The position numbers were made by a program, and so were the translations under genes. Source: Candidatus Saccharimonadota bacterium (GTDB lineage: Bacteria; Patescibacteriota; Gracilibacteria; BD1-5; UBA6164). Taken from it: a stretch of DNA of 32,000 nt. The stretch spans positions 780,001 through 812,000 of the forward strand of contig OY782392.1 in NCBI GenBank assembly GCA_963677765.1. Direction: 5' to 3'. This document shows, piece by piece, positions 1-11,008 of this stretch. How positions within the stretch are numbered: the first letter of the stretch is position 1; each line of letters starts with the position of its first letter. The notes below the pieces were generated by a model. It did no database searches. It was given only the letters and a program-made list of their open reading frames with translations, and was not told the origin of the DNA.

Positions 1-1
1 A

Positions 2-70
2 CCAGTTGAACAATTAGTATGAGTACAACAAGTTGATAAATTAGAAGAAGTTTGTTCTAAATATTTATAA
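2..70 (+). CDS. 3' end of an unidentified CDS (partial, runs off the window start)
   Basis: Frame 2 is open from the window edge to TAA at 68-70, with one in-frame TGA at 20-22. A terminator hairpin follows directly. It is too short to name. Confidence 0.3.
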
Positions 71-71
71 T

Positions 72-106
72 AAAAAAACTAGATTTTAAAAATCTAGTTT
101 TTTTTA
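72..106. terminator. Bidirectional intrinsic terminator (A-tract, CTAGATTTT/AAAATCTAG palindrome, T-tract)
   Basis: A perfect inverted repeat at 79-87 / 89-97 is flanked by an A-run and a T-run. It sits between two convergent CDS ends. The pilC stop codon (104-106) lies in its T-tract. Confidence 0.75.
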
Positions 107-1222
107 TATTACATTTACCATATTAAAGAAAGGTAACATTATAGCCATTATTAGTACTCATACTATAGATCATACTATTACAATTACTAGTGGTTCTATA
201 GCTGTTTGTATATTTTTTACTATGTTATCAATTTCTTTATTATATTTTTTTCATATTTTTATAAGAAGACTATCTAGTTTTCAAGTAGATTCTCATATTT
301 TTACTATAGAAGCTAACTCTATAGGAAATAAGAAGTTTTCTTTTCATGTATGTATTTCGTGAACTCACATAAGCTTACTAAGTTCAACTCATTTACTAAC
401 TCTAGAATTTATTTCTTTTAAAGCTTTTTCATAATAATCATTTTCTAATGCCTTTGAACTTATTTCTAATGATTTATTAATTATAACTCAACTTTTTAAT
501 AATATTCATAAACTATTAACAAATAATGCTAATGTTTTCTTTTTTATAAGAGGTCAAAATATAGGTATTCTTAGTATAAAATTATCCCAGAATATTTTTG
601 TTTTTTTATTGGTTTTGAAAATTATAACTCATATTATGAAAAAAATAATTCATAAAACTATATATATTATATTTTCTTGTATAAAGGTTGATGTATCAAT
701 TACTCATTGAGTTAATGCTGGTAAATTTACTTTTGAGTCTATATACATTTTTTGTATTTTTGGTATTACATAAACCATAAACACACCTATCATTATAATA
801 GATAAACTTACTATAACTATAGGGTAAATAAGTGCTCAAATTATTTTTCATTTTAATTCTTGAGATTTTTCTTCTTTTTCTTTTATTGTTTCTATAGAAT
901 CTCATAATTTTCATGTAACTTCTCCCATTTCTACAATAGAAACATCAAATACTCAAAAAGATTTATTATTTTTTGCAAATATTTCACTTAAACTATCTCA
1001 TTTATTTATATCATCTACTATTGTTTTTAATAATAATTTTAATTTTTTTTCTCTAGTTTGATACATTATTATCTTAAATGCATTTATAAGAGGTATTCAA
1101 GATTGAAGCAAATTAGATAATTGCTCCAAAAGATTAATTTTTTCTTTTGAGCTTATTTTTATGTTTGATTTATTATTAAATTTCTCTTTTATTTTTTCAA
1201 GAAATTGATTAATTTTTTGCAT
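104..1222 (-). CDS. pilC: Type IV pilus / type II secretion platform protein PilC (GspF family), 372 aa
   Basis: Table-25 translation of 1222->104 is uninterrupted (1119 nt). It shows two GspF-type repeats: LSNLLQSGIPLINAF...VEMGEVTGKLGDSIETI and IELASIVKIGESTGKLDSLL...IEPLVIVIVGSIVGVLIMAIMLPFFNM. Hydrophobic TM stretches are also present. Confidence 0.85.
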
Positions 1223-1320
1223 CAATACTAAATTATAGTTAATTTATATTATTTTATCATTTTCCTTGAATTTTTTCAAAAAATAATATACTTAAAATAT
1301 AATTATTAAATATTTGATTT

Positions 1321-1740
1321 ATGTTTAAGTTTTTTAATGTTACAAAAAATAATCAATATAGAGATATAGATGAAGAAGAATATATTGATGAAGAAATAGA
1401 AAATCAAGAAGTAGGTCAAGTTGCTATTGATATATTGGAAACAAAAAATGAAATGATTTTATTATCACCAATAGCTTGAGTTGATTTAGATGATGTTGAT
1501 ATATCATATAATGATCAAATTTTAACTATATCTTGATATAGAAAAAGACCTGATATCTTCTCAAAAGATATAATTGTTAAGAATAGTGAATGTTTTTGGT
1601 GAGAATTTACCAGAAATATAATACTTCCAGAAAATCTAGATTTTGATAATATAAAAGCAAATTTAGATAATAATTTACTAGTTATAACTATACCAAAAAT
1701 TAGTTTTTCTAGTAGGCATATAAGAGTTGAAAAAATTTAA
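1321..1740 (+). CDS. Small heat-shock protein, Hsp20/alpha-crystallin family, 139 aa
   Basis: ATG 1321 to TAA 1738-1740 with 3 in-frame TGA=Gly. The alpha-crystallin core reads GQVAIDILETKNEMILLSPIAGVDLDDVDISYNDQILTISGYRKRP...FWGEFTRNIILPENLDFDNIKANLDNNLLVITIPK. Confidence 0.85.
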
Positions 1741-1757
1741 TATTAATATAATTTACT

Positions 1758-1988
1758 GTGATATTTAAGAGGAAATGAGTTCATGCATGAGCAAGAAAAA
1801 TAGATAAAATAGTTACATGAGTTATAGTATGAACTGCAGTAGCTTCTATGGTATGATTATCAAAAACAAAAAAATGAAAAAAAATCACTCAAAAATTATG
1901 AGAAAAGGGAACATGATTATTTAAAAAGTCATATAGCTACTTTGGTAAATGCTTAGTTTGAACTATTAATTTTTTAAAGAAAAAATAA
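1758..1988 (+). CDS. Small YtxH-like Gly/Lys-rich membrane or stress protein (about 76 aa); start codon uncertain (GTG 1758)
   Basis: The frame is open under table 25 from GTG 1758 to TAA 1986-1988, with 11 in-frame TGA. The segment KIVTGVIVGTAVASMVGLSKTKKGKKITQKLGEKG resembles the YtxH hydrophobic helix plus basic tail. It lies 18 nt downstream of hsp20. No in-frame ATG is present. Confidence 0.45.
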
Positions 1989-1989
1989 T

Positions 1990-2718
1990 ATGAGAAATAA
2001 ATTCTTATTATCATTTGTTATATTTTTTATATTAACACCATATACTTTTTCATGTAAATATGAATCTGAAATTTCTCAATGTAATTCTCAAATACAAAAA
2101 TTTGTTCCAAAAAATTGATGAAATTATATATATAATGGATCATCTATAAAAAGTTTTGAAGATTTTGTTTGTTTGCAAGCTGCTCCTGAAACAAGAGTAG
2201 CTCAAATTGCTTTGGATTTGAATTTTAAAGAAATAGATGAAGAAGTAGATACTTATATAAAAGATTTAGAATCTCAAAAAAATAGATTTTTCTGAGAAGG
2301 TTCTAGTTGAAATTATTTTGATGCTGTTAATTTTATATCTGATAAAGTTTCTGAATTCGAAGGTAAATATAGAGAGGCATGTGTAAAAAGCTTGCAAGAA
2401 ACATCAGAGTGTACTAATAATTATGCTTATGATTTAGAATGAGAACAAAAGTCTGTAGGAGTTTCTACTGCTATAGAATATTTAGCTGAATGATGAGATT
2501 GTTATGAACTAATAAATATAAAAAAGGATATAATTTCTAGTGTTTCTTATAATATATTGTTACTTAATCAAGCTCAAGTTCAAAAGGATCAGCAAACACT
2601 TTATGAACAAGATAATAGAACAAAATATAATAAATTAATTGATATTATGATGATTAATTTATGATATATTGAAAGAATTTGGCAAAAAACACCAAGTTTA
2701 ACTAAAAATCCATTATAA
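1990..2718 (+). CDS. Secreted or lipid-anchored Cys-rich hypothetical protein, 242 aa
   Basis: ATG 1990 overlaps the preceding stop (TAATATG). The N-terminal signal peptide is MRNKFLLSFVIFFILTPYTFSC. The frame runs uninterrupted under table 25 to TAA 2716-2718. I recognise no family motif. Confidence 0.6.
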
Positions 2719-2750
2719 AAAAACAAGAAGTATTACTTCTTGTTTTTTTG
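2717..2750. terminator. Bidirectional intrinsic terminator
   Basis: Stem AACAAGAAG / CTTCTTGTT with loop TATTA, flanked by an A-run and a T-run. It sits between convergent CDSs. The stop of the minus-strand gene (2733-2735) lies in the loop. Confidence 0.8.
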
Positions 2751-4271
2751 TTTTGTTCAACAATAAGGACATATTTTCATATCTTTTTTTATAGATTTTT
2801 TACATTTTTCACATTTTTTTCTTGTTGTTTTTCTGAAAAGTATAAATATAAGAATAAAAAATATTAATATTAATCATGCAAACATAAAGAAATAAGGATT
2901 TAATCATACATATTTTACTTTATAGTTTACTTGAAATTCTTCTGCAGAGTTAAATTCTATATTTTTTCATTCATAATTTTCATATCAAATCTCAATTACA
3001 GCACTTACATTTTTTTGTTCTAATTTTTCATTTACTCTTTGCCAAGGGAATATCATTCATATGTCAGCAATATTTTGATTTGTATAATACTCAGATGGAG
3101 TCCAATATTTTATTATCTTTTTACCATCTTCATCATAATCTTCATATGGAAATCATTTCCATTCACTAGTATATATTCTTTTTGTGTTTGGTAAAATATT
3201 TCATCAACCATCATTAATAGGAATATAATCAACAATTTTTTCTCATGTTATCATTCAATTTTGATCTTTTATAACTTCTTTTCAGATTCATTTTATTTGA
3301 TTACCATTCTCATCTATTAGAGTTATTTTTCATTCTGGTTTTACATGAGTATTTCAATTATTTTCAAATGGAATGCTTATTTCTATATTAAAATCTTCTT
3401 CTTTTTCTTCATTATTTGTAGCTAATTGATTATTATCTTCATTTGAGTTATTTTCTTGATTTTCATTATTATCTTCTTCTTGCTCCAAAGCTAAATTAGA
3501 GTTATTTTCTAAAGTTAACTCAGTATTTTTATTGTTATTTTCTATACTTATATTATCTCAATCTTTTTCTCATCTGTTTGAAACTATTTCAATTGCTTTT
3601 TCGAAATAAACAGTATCAAAACATTTTCAATCTGTGTCACTACTTGTAAAATCTCAGAATCTACAAACATCTTTAGAGCTAATGTTATTATCTCATCTAT
3701 CTTTTGTCCAATCATATCAACCTCATGATGAACCTGTTCATATATTTATTTCAGGCTCTCAAGGTCAAGCATTATCAATTATTTCTCAATCTACATTTAC
3801 TAATAACAATACTCAATAATCAGCATTTATTTGTACTTTTGATCAATTAATTGATCATTCATCTCATGATGTTTTAAAGAAAACAGCTCAATAATGTCAT
3901 CCTGGAACTGCATCAGTTGGTACTTCTATTTGAAATGTTATGTCATATTCTTCTAATCATCATATAACAAAACTATCAGTATCTATAGTAATCCAGCTTG
4001 CCAATTCTTGATTTGGATTTACTAATTCACTTTTTCTCACAAATGTTGGGTTTCAATATGAATCTCTAGATTCAAAATCAGATACTGAAGTTGTTATATT
4101 GTATGAACCAGTAGAGTTATTTATTAATTTTGCTGATTTTGTAACTATTTCTCATGGTTGAGCTTCTATTTCATATCTAATAGGACTAACTACAAGGTCA
4201 ATATTAGCATTTACACTAGATATATTTATACTAAAAAATAGTAAAACTAAGCTAAATAATAATTTTTTCAT
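2733..4271 (-). CDS. Cell-surface protein resembling WxL-interacting proteins (DUF916/WxLIP_PGBD-like N-domain, second beta domain, TM anchor, C-terminal zinc ribbon), 512 aa
   Basis: The ORF is 1539 nt under table 25, with signal peptide MKKLLFSLVLLFFSINISSVNA. The N-domain reads IDLVVSPIRYEIEAQPGE...SWITIDTDSFVI..EEYDITFQIEVPTDAVPGGHYGAVFF, which fits the DUF916 pattern as I recall it. An acidic Asn/Glu linker follows. The TM helix is PYFFMFAGLILIFFILIFILF, and the tail is CEKCKKSIKKDMKICPYCG. Confidence 0.7.
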
Positions 4272-4382
4272 ATATTTTTAAATTATTTAAATTATTTAAT
4301 AATCCTAATAATATTAAAAATATTTCAAAAATCAAAAAATACCTCTAATTTAGAGGTATTTTTTTAAAATTATTTTTTATAA

Positions 4383-5045
4383 TTAGAAATTACCAGTTAC
4401 AGTAAAAGTAATTTCATCAGTATAGTCACCAGCTGGAGTTTCAGCATCAACATCAACTTCAACAGTAAAAGTTACATCAGCAACAGCATTATCATCTAAT
4501 TCTGGTTTATTTGTTTCGTAAATTTTATGTTCTGTTGTATTATCAGTTACTTCAGTAGCAGTTAAATCACCAGTACTTGTAAATGTACCAATAGTTGAAT
4601 CTACTGCATTTGCAGTTGAAGCATAAGTATAATTATCACCATTAGTGTTATTTATAACAATAGAGTTATCAGAAGTATTAACTAAACCTCCATTTGCAGA
4701 TCTAGCAGTAATTGTAACACCATTTGCTGCATTTGTACCAACTTCGATATCAATACTTGCACTTTCAGCAGTACCAGGATTAATATTACCTAATGCAATA
4801 ACTGAATCAGATAATGTCATATTTAAAGTAGGTAATACAGAAGCAGTTACTTGAACACCAGAAACTGTACCAGTTGCAGTACCAGGAAAATTATCATCCC
4901 AAACTACATTTGAGTCAAAAGCAGCTTGACCTTGTACACCAGCAACACCAATATTAGTAGCTGCGAAAACATTTGCAAAATTTGTCATTGTAATAGCTGT
5001 AATTCAAGCAACAGCAAAAGCTTTTTTTATTTTTGTTTTTAACAT
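4383..5045 (-). CDS. Abundant secreted beta-rich surface protein, WxL-domain-like, 220 aa
   Basis: I extend the track ORF 4383..4988 upstream to ATG 5045, adding MLKTKIKKAFAVAGITAITM with one TGA=Gly; this gives a signal peptide ending VFA/A. The composition is Thr/Asn/Gly/Val-rich and the C-terminus is PAGDYTDEITFTVTGNF, reminiscent of WxL-domain ends. Its only TGA codon is in the signal peptide. Confidence 0.8.
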
Positions 5046-5199
5046 AGTATATGTTTAAAAATATAATATAAATAAATTTTTATTTTAATATCTCAAGAAA
5101 TTTAATTTGAATTTCTTAAGTACAAATATATTCTAGCATATTTATTTTTATAAAGTCAAAAAAAAAGCAGCTTTTTTATAAAAAACTACTTTTTAATTA

Positions 5200-8100
5200 T
5201 TAATAATCAAAAATTATATCAAAATCTATATTTCAAGAATAGCTTCATGCTGCTATATTTTCATTTATATTAGCTCAAAACCTTATACTATAAATATAAG
5301 TATTTTTTTCTCAGTTAATATTTATATTTTTTGCTTGATTTACTATTAATTGGTTTTGATTAATAGTATTTATTGTATTTGTAATAGGTTCTCAGTCATA
5401 TCAAAAACCATTAGTTCAATTCCAATCACTTATGTTTAATCAAGAATAATTTAATTCTCATGATTTATTCATTTGTATATCAAATCAAGCTCAAACAGTA
5501 TTTACTGTTAAAAATAAATCAGGGCTAAATTTATTTGTATTCAAATTATTTATATTTCATATATCAATTATAGAATCAGATATTAAAAATTCTGGTTCAT
5601 CTATATAGAATATTAAATCTTTTGTACTAGTGTTTCATCAATTGTCATCAATACTAAATCTAAATCTATATTTACCATATCATAGGGGAGATATATTATA
5701 TGTAGATTGGTTTATATTATTACTTACTGATGTCTGGTAAGTTGCTAATATATTATTTCACCAACTTGTTCAATTCCATTTACTTAGGCTTGCATTTATT
5801 GTATTCAAATCTAATCAAGACTCATCATTATAATCTATTGTTATACTTTTATTAGAATTTGGTAATAAATCATTATTACTAATATTATTATAATCTATTG
5901 TTGGTTCTGTAGTATCTAAAATAGCAGTATAATGAATTATACCATTCCATATACGAGGAGAAAATGAGTTTTGAAATTCAAATACTTTTCAAATACCTTC
6001 TCTAAATATTATAAAAGCATCTTGTGCAAATATATTTCACTCAGTAGTTCAATTTGTATAACGTATTCAAGAAGTTCATACTTCTGTAACATAAAATGAA
6101 TAAGTTGTATTTGAGTTTAAATTCAAATTATCTATTTCTATATATGTAGGATTTCATTCTCATGCTCATGTAAAAGGGTAATCTCAAACCAAAGTCCATC
6201 AGGCTGCAGCACTTTCAAATCATGCATAACTTCATTGTTTATAGTAAACACGAAGACTAGAGTTAGCAGTTCTTGTATTTATAGATAAGGCATTTACTAT
6301 TACATCGTTATTTAGTATATCTATTTCAAACATATTACCAGCTTGTCAATTTCATCATGCGAATGTAGTTTCTAATCATGATTCTACATTTCAAGTAAAA
6401 TTTACATCATAATGAATTATCCCATTCCATATACGAGGTCTCCATGTATTTGGTCAAAACTCATTACCAACTCATATTCATTCTCTAAATATTAAAAAGT
6501 TATCTTGCGAATATATAGATCATTCAGTAGATCAGTTTGTATAACTTAAATTATCTCAACTGGTATTTAGTATATAAAATGAATAATTACTATTTTCATT
6601 TAATATTAATTCATCAGTTTGAACAAATGTTTGTCATGGTCATCAATTAAAAGAATAATCTCATAACAAAGTCCATGCAGTTGAATCTGTTTCAAATCAG
6701 GCATAAGTTCATGATTTATAATATATTCTTATATCTCATGTTTGAGTTTGAGGGTTTATTGAAAATCATTTTATAGTTATTGATTGATCTAATACTTCTA
6801 TATCAAACATATTTCATCTTTGTCAGTTTCATCAAGCAAATGTAGTTTCTAGTCATGCAAATATTCATCAACTACAATCTCAGTGAAATATGTTATTTCA
6901 ATTTAAATTTACAAATCAAGAATCACTAGGTTTTTGCCAATCAAGTTCTACAACAGCTCAACCTCATCTCTCATAATATTCTAATCTTATATTATATATT
7001 TGTCATTGATTTAAATTTATATTTCATGTTACTATTGTAGGTGCCTGATCTACCCATTGATCTATTATTATATTTCAATCTATATAAAGTCTAACTCAAT
7101 CATCTGATCTTGTACGAAATGTATAATTTCATGATTCATCTGCTTGAAATTTTCATTCCCATTCTACTGTAAAATCATCATTTGGTAATTGTTCATTTGG
7201 ACTTAGATTTCACCAATCAAATCTTACTTCATAATCTGTTTGGCTATTTACGAAATTTATTAGATTGTATGGTTCAGTTGCAGTTCATGTATAGTATTTT
7301 CAGCAAAATCAAGGTGTTCATATTAGAGTATTTAAATTCCAATTTGAATCTACATTTGTTCAATTACTACAAAATCATATAGTATGAGTTTCTCAAGGGT
7401 TAATTATCTTGTTATAAGATAAAGGAGTTATTGTATGAATATTTGTATTTTGGCTATAGTTTCATCAATAACTAGATGATAAAGCTTGATCTAACTCAAA
7501 ATTTAATTGCCATCCATTTATTGTAGTATTTCAATTATTAGTTAATGTTATATCTCTACAAAATCATCAAGCCCAACTATTATTAGTTGTTATACTTACA
7601 TCTAATCAATTATCAGTTAAATTATAATCTTGTAAAACTAGTCATCATATATTTTGATAATTTTTAGTTATTAAATTTGATATATATCATATTCAACTAT
7701 CTGCACATAATCAAAAACTAAGAGTTTGTCATACTGAAAAAGTATCAGCATAAGTTCCTGGTGAAGTTATTATATATTCTCATCATCAAAGATTTGTAAA
7801 GTTTCATCACCAACTACTTGTAATATTAGCTCAGTTTAGTTTAAATCATATTTCCCAGTTTGTTATATTAAGAGTAGAATTATTTGTTGCATTAAACTCA
7901 TAACAAAATCATGTATTCCAATAATTTTCATTTGTAGTATTAAATGAAATAGGAGTTTCTTCTAGAGGAGGAGTATAATCTACTATTAGATTAGCTCTAT
8001 ATACTCTTGCATTTCTAGTTCATCAACCAGTTTTCCTATATTTTAATAGTATTCAAAAATTATTAGATTTTATTTCTGTATCACTCCATGTTGTTCACCA

Positions 8101-8544
8101 TAATTCAGTGTTTGAACCATAAATTGTTATATTTTTTGTTGTCTGACTTGCATTATTTGCCAAATTACTTGTATAAGAATCATTTCAATTTTTTGTTAAT
8201 TCAACAGCAAAATCAGTTACTCTAGTACTGCTACCTTGCCATTCTACTTCAATTTGTATTCAATTAATAGTTGATCATACAGGTATATTTTGTGATTTTA
8301 AATCAAATCATTTTAATATAAGAGTATCAGAAACACTAGGATTATTAGACATATTTACTTGTCAAAAACTAGAGGTATCATCTCAGATTATATTGTTTGC
8401 ATTAGTCCATGAAAAATCTCAGTCATTTATTACTTGTACTTCTCATACATAATTAGATACTATATCAGCATATGATATATTGTTTATACTAAAAATAATT
8501 GAAGTTATTATAAAAAAGTATATTAACTTAATAATTTTCCTCAT
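5200..8544 (-). CDS. Giant secreted adhesin-like protein, 1114 aa: signal peptide, N-terminal beta domain, 2x CBM2-like modules, PA14 domain, 2x unnamed ~160-aa repeat, C-terminal Ig-like region
   Basis: The ORF is 3345 nt, uninterrupted only with TGA=Gly and carrying dozens of TGA codons. The CBM2-like modules read YWNTGFCYEFNATNNSTLNITNWEIGFKLNGANITSSWGGNF and SWAGGFCRDITLTNNGNTTINGWQLNFELDQALSSSYGGNY. The PA14-like stretch reads DFTVEWEGKFQADESGNYTFRTRSDDGVRLYIDGNIIIDQW...IYNIRLEYYERGGGAVVELDW. Confidence 0.85.
5930..6860 (-). repeat. Intragenic tandem duplication, 2 units of ~477-480 nt (159-160 aa), diverged
   Basis: TGTAGTTTCTA(A/G)TCA occurs at 6364-6378 and 6841-6855. CCATTCCATATACGAGG occurs at 5942-5958 and 6422-6438. 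Both protein units run GLETTFAGGNGQxGNMF(D/E)I ... YYKxG(T/S)YAGFE ... YSFY ... YTNG ... PRIWNGIIHY. Confidence 0.85.
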
Positions 8545-8662
8545 TTTTTCTTATTTATTTTATATTTTAAAAATTATATATATAAACTATGTTTTTTCAA
8601 TTAAATTTAAAAATTGTAAAAAAGATTTTTTTGTTTAAAATAGGAGAAATATTTTTTAATAT

Positions 8663-9487
8663 ATGTACTTAGTGAGTTTAGATATACTAAAGAAATACAA
8701 AATAAAAGCTAAAAAATCTTTAGGTCAAAATTTTTTAGTTAATGATGAAATTGTTGAAGAAATTTCAAATATAATTGATGTAAATTGAAGAAATATTATT
8801 GAAGTTTGACCTTGATATTGAGCTTTGACAGAAAGACTAATAAATAAAAAACCAAAATCTTTAAATCTAGTAGAGCTAGATAATGATATGATAGATATAC
8901 TTAATTCAAGAATAAAAAATTGAGATTTTGATTTAGATTGAATTGATTTTAATATAAATAATATAGATGTTTTAAAATATATTCCTGAACAATCAGATTA
9001 TTGAGTTATTGCTAATATACCATATTACATTACTTCACCTATAATTAGACATTTTTTATATAATGTCGAAAATAAGGCAAAATTTATGATAATTCTTATG
9101 CAAAAAGAAGTATGAGATAAAATTTTATGAAACTGAAAGAATAAATCTTCAGTAATAAGTCTTTTTGTTGATAAAAAATGTTATGTTGAAGAAAAAATAT
9201 TTGTTTGAAAAGAAAACTTTGTTCCTGCTCCAAAAGTAGAATCAAGTGTTTTATATTTTGAGCTTCATAATAAATATGACTATATTGATGATATTTTATT
9301 CTTAGAATTTATAAAAAAATGATTTGGTGAACCAAGAAAAAAATTATTTAAAAATTTTGTTAATTCATGATTAGAAAAAAACTTAGTTTTACAATATTTT
9401 AAAGAATTATCAATAGAAGAATGAGTTAGGTGAGAAGATTTAAATATCTGAATTTGGTGCCAATTATTTGAAAAATTTAACAAATAA
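8663..9487 (+). CDS. rsmA: 16S rRNA (adenine1518/1519-N6)-dimethyltransferase RsmA/KsgA, 274 aa
   Basis: Motifs are KKSLGQNFLVN, the SAM motif IEVGPGYGALT (three of its Gly are TGA), ANIPYYITSPI and FVPAPKVESSV. By hand count there are 16 in-frame TGA against 2 GGN codons. Confidence 0.93.
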
Positions 9488-9625
9488 TTAACAACTAAAA
9501 CTTGATGAAAATAAAAATCTTTTTATAATCTGGTCTCCAATAGTGAATTGTTTAAGATATGTTTAATGTATTTTATACAAAAATACAAAATATAGTCTTA
9601 ATATTTATAATGTTAATCTAATCCC

Positions 9626-10972
9626 ATGGATAAAAAAGCTATAGTCCATATAATGACTAAGTCTAGGATGAAGAGTGATGTTTTTACCTCTGATATTGAT
9701 GCTATAGAAGAAATTTCTGAGAAATATTGAGTAAAAAATGTAATTTTTTATAAATGAGAACCTATAGAATATGCTGACTTGATAACTAAGTTAGAAAAGT
9801 TTGGTATATTTGTATATAATTATCAAAATAAAGAAGATTTAAAAGAACAAGTAATAAAATTTTCTAAAGAATATGAAGTAGTTTTTGTAACAACTGCTAT
9901 AGAATTACTTATTAATACAGTAAATGAAGTAAAAGAGTCTTTATGAAGACCTCTTTCTGAAAATCCTGATATTTTCAGAAATAAGTTTTTACAAAGAGAA
10001 TTAATACAAAATCATAATCCTGATTTGTGAATTAAGTTTATGAAATGAACTCCTGAAGATTTGAATATAGAAGAAGTTGAAAATCATGTTTGATATCCTT
10101 TTATAATAAAGCCAGTTGATTGAGTTCAAAGTTCTTGAGTAGCAAAAATCAGAAATAGATCTGATTATAATAACTATATGAAAACTTATAATGATTTTCA
10201 TGATAGATTGAAATCAAGATGAGTTGATAATAAAGATTTAATAGTTGAAGAATTTATTGATGGTACATTGTATTCTATAGATTACTATGTTAACGATAAT
10301 TGAGAAACAACTATATCAAAACCAGTTAAGGTTAGACTTTGAATAGATGTAAAAGTAAATGACTATTGTAATATAGCTAGAATATCTTCTGAAAAAACAG
10401 AATGAGAGTTTAAATGAAAAAGATTAAAAACTTTTGTTAACTCTACTATAAAAGCTACTTGAATAAGAAATACTTTTGTTCATCATGAGTTCAAAATTAA
10501 TAGTAAATGAGAATTAAAAACTATTGAGTTAAATGGTAGACTTGGTTGATGAAGATTAGAATTAATAAAAAGAGCATATGATTTCAATATGTATGAAATG
10601 GTATGTAATCCTGATATAAAAATTTGAAAATTAAAAGAAAGTAATATAGTTGTTAATATATATTCAACAAAAAGATGAATGTTGAGAGCATATAATGAAG
10701 ATTTATTATCAAAAATAGAAAAAAGAGATTCAGTTTATAAAATAGAAAAATATGACTGATTCTTATGAAAAGAAACTTGATTAACAAAAGATTGATTTAT
10801 TAAGGTTTGAGCTATTAGAATGGCTAACAAAGATTATGATGAACTAGCTAAAGATTTTAGATATATCAAAAATAAATATAAAGATTTATTAATCATTGAT
10901 GAATTTGATGAAAATCATAATATAAAACAAAAATGAATATTTTCAAAAATTAGAGAATATATTAATAGATAA
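9626..10972 (+). CDS. ATP-grasp domain ligase (carboxylate-amine/peptide ligase type), 448 aa
   Basis: Under table 25 the ORF is 1347 nt. Motifs are GYPFIIKPVDGVQSSGVAKI, LIVEEFIDGTLYSIDYYV and FVHHEFKINSKGELKTIELNGRLGGG, i.e. the typical ATP-grasp phosphate-binding, linker and Mg-binding regions. Confidence 0.85.
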
Positions 10973-11008
10973 AAAAATAGTAAGACTTATTGTCTTACTA
11001 TTTTTTTA
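10971..11008. terminator. Bidirectional intrinsic terminator
   Basis: Stem ATAGTAAGAC / GTCTTACTAT (10977-10986 / 10992-11001) between an A-run and a T-run. The TAG stop of the minus-strand gene (10998-11000) lies inside the stem. Confidence 0.8.

Noticed and set aside
696-914. Track ORF 696..914 (-), 72 aa, Lys/Arg-rich
   Set aside because: It lies out of frame inside pilC. Its ATG at 914 is offset by 1 nt from the pilC frame, and it is terminated by a TGA that is sense in this organism. It is a low-complexity product of AT-rich sequence.
5096-5118. Inverted repeat AAGAAATT-TAATTTG-AATTTCTT in the leader of the WxL-like gene, considered as an operator or terminator; also a possible minus-strand promoter (TTGACT at 5159-5154, TAGAAT at 5135-5130)
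   Set aside because: The stem is all A/T and 8 bp long, so its predicted stability is low. Such matches are expected by chance in this composition. It is not reported as a feature without comparative support.
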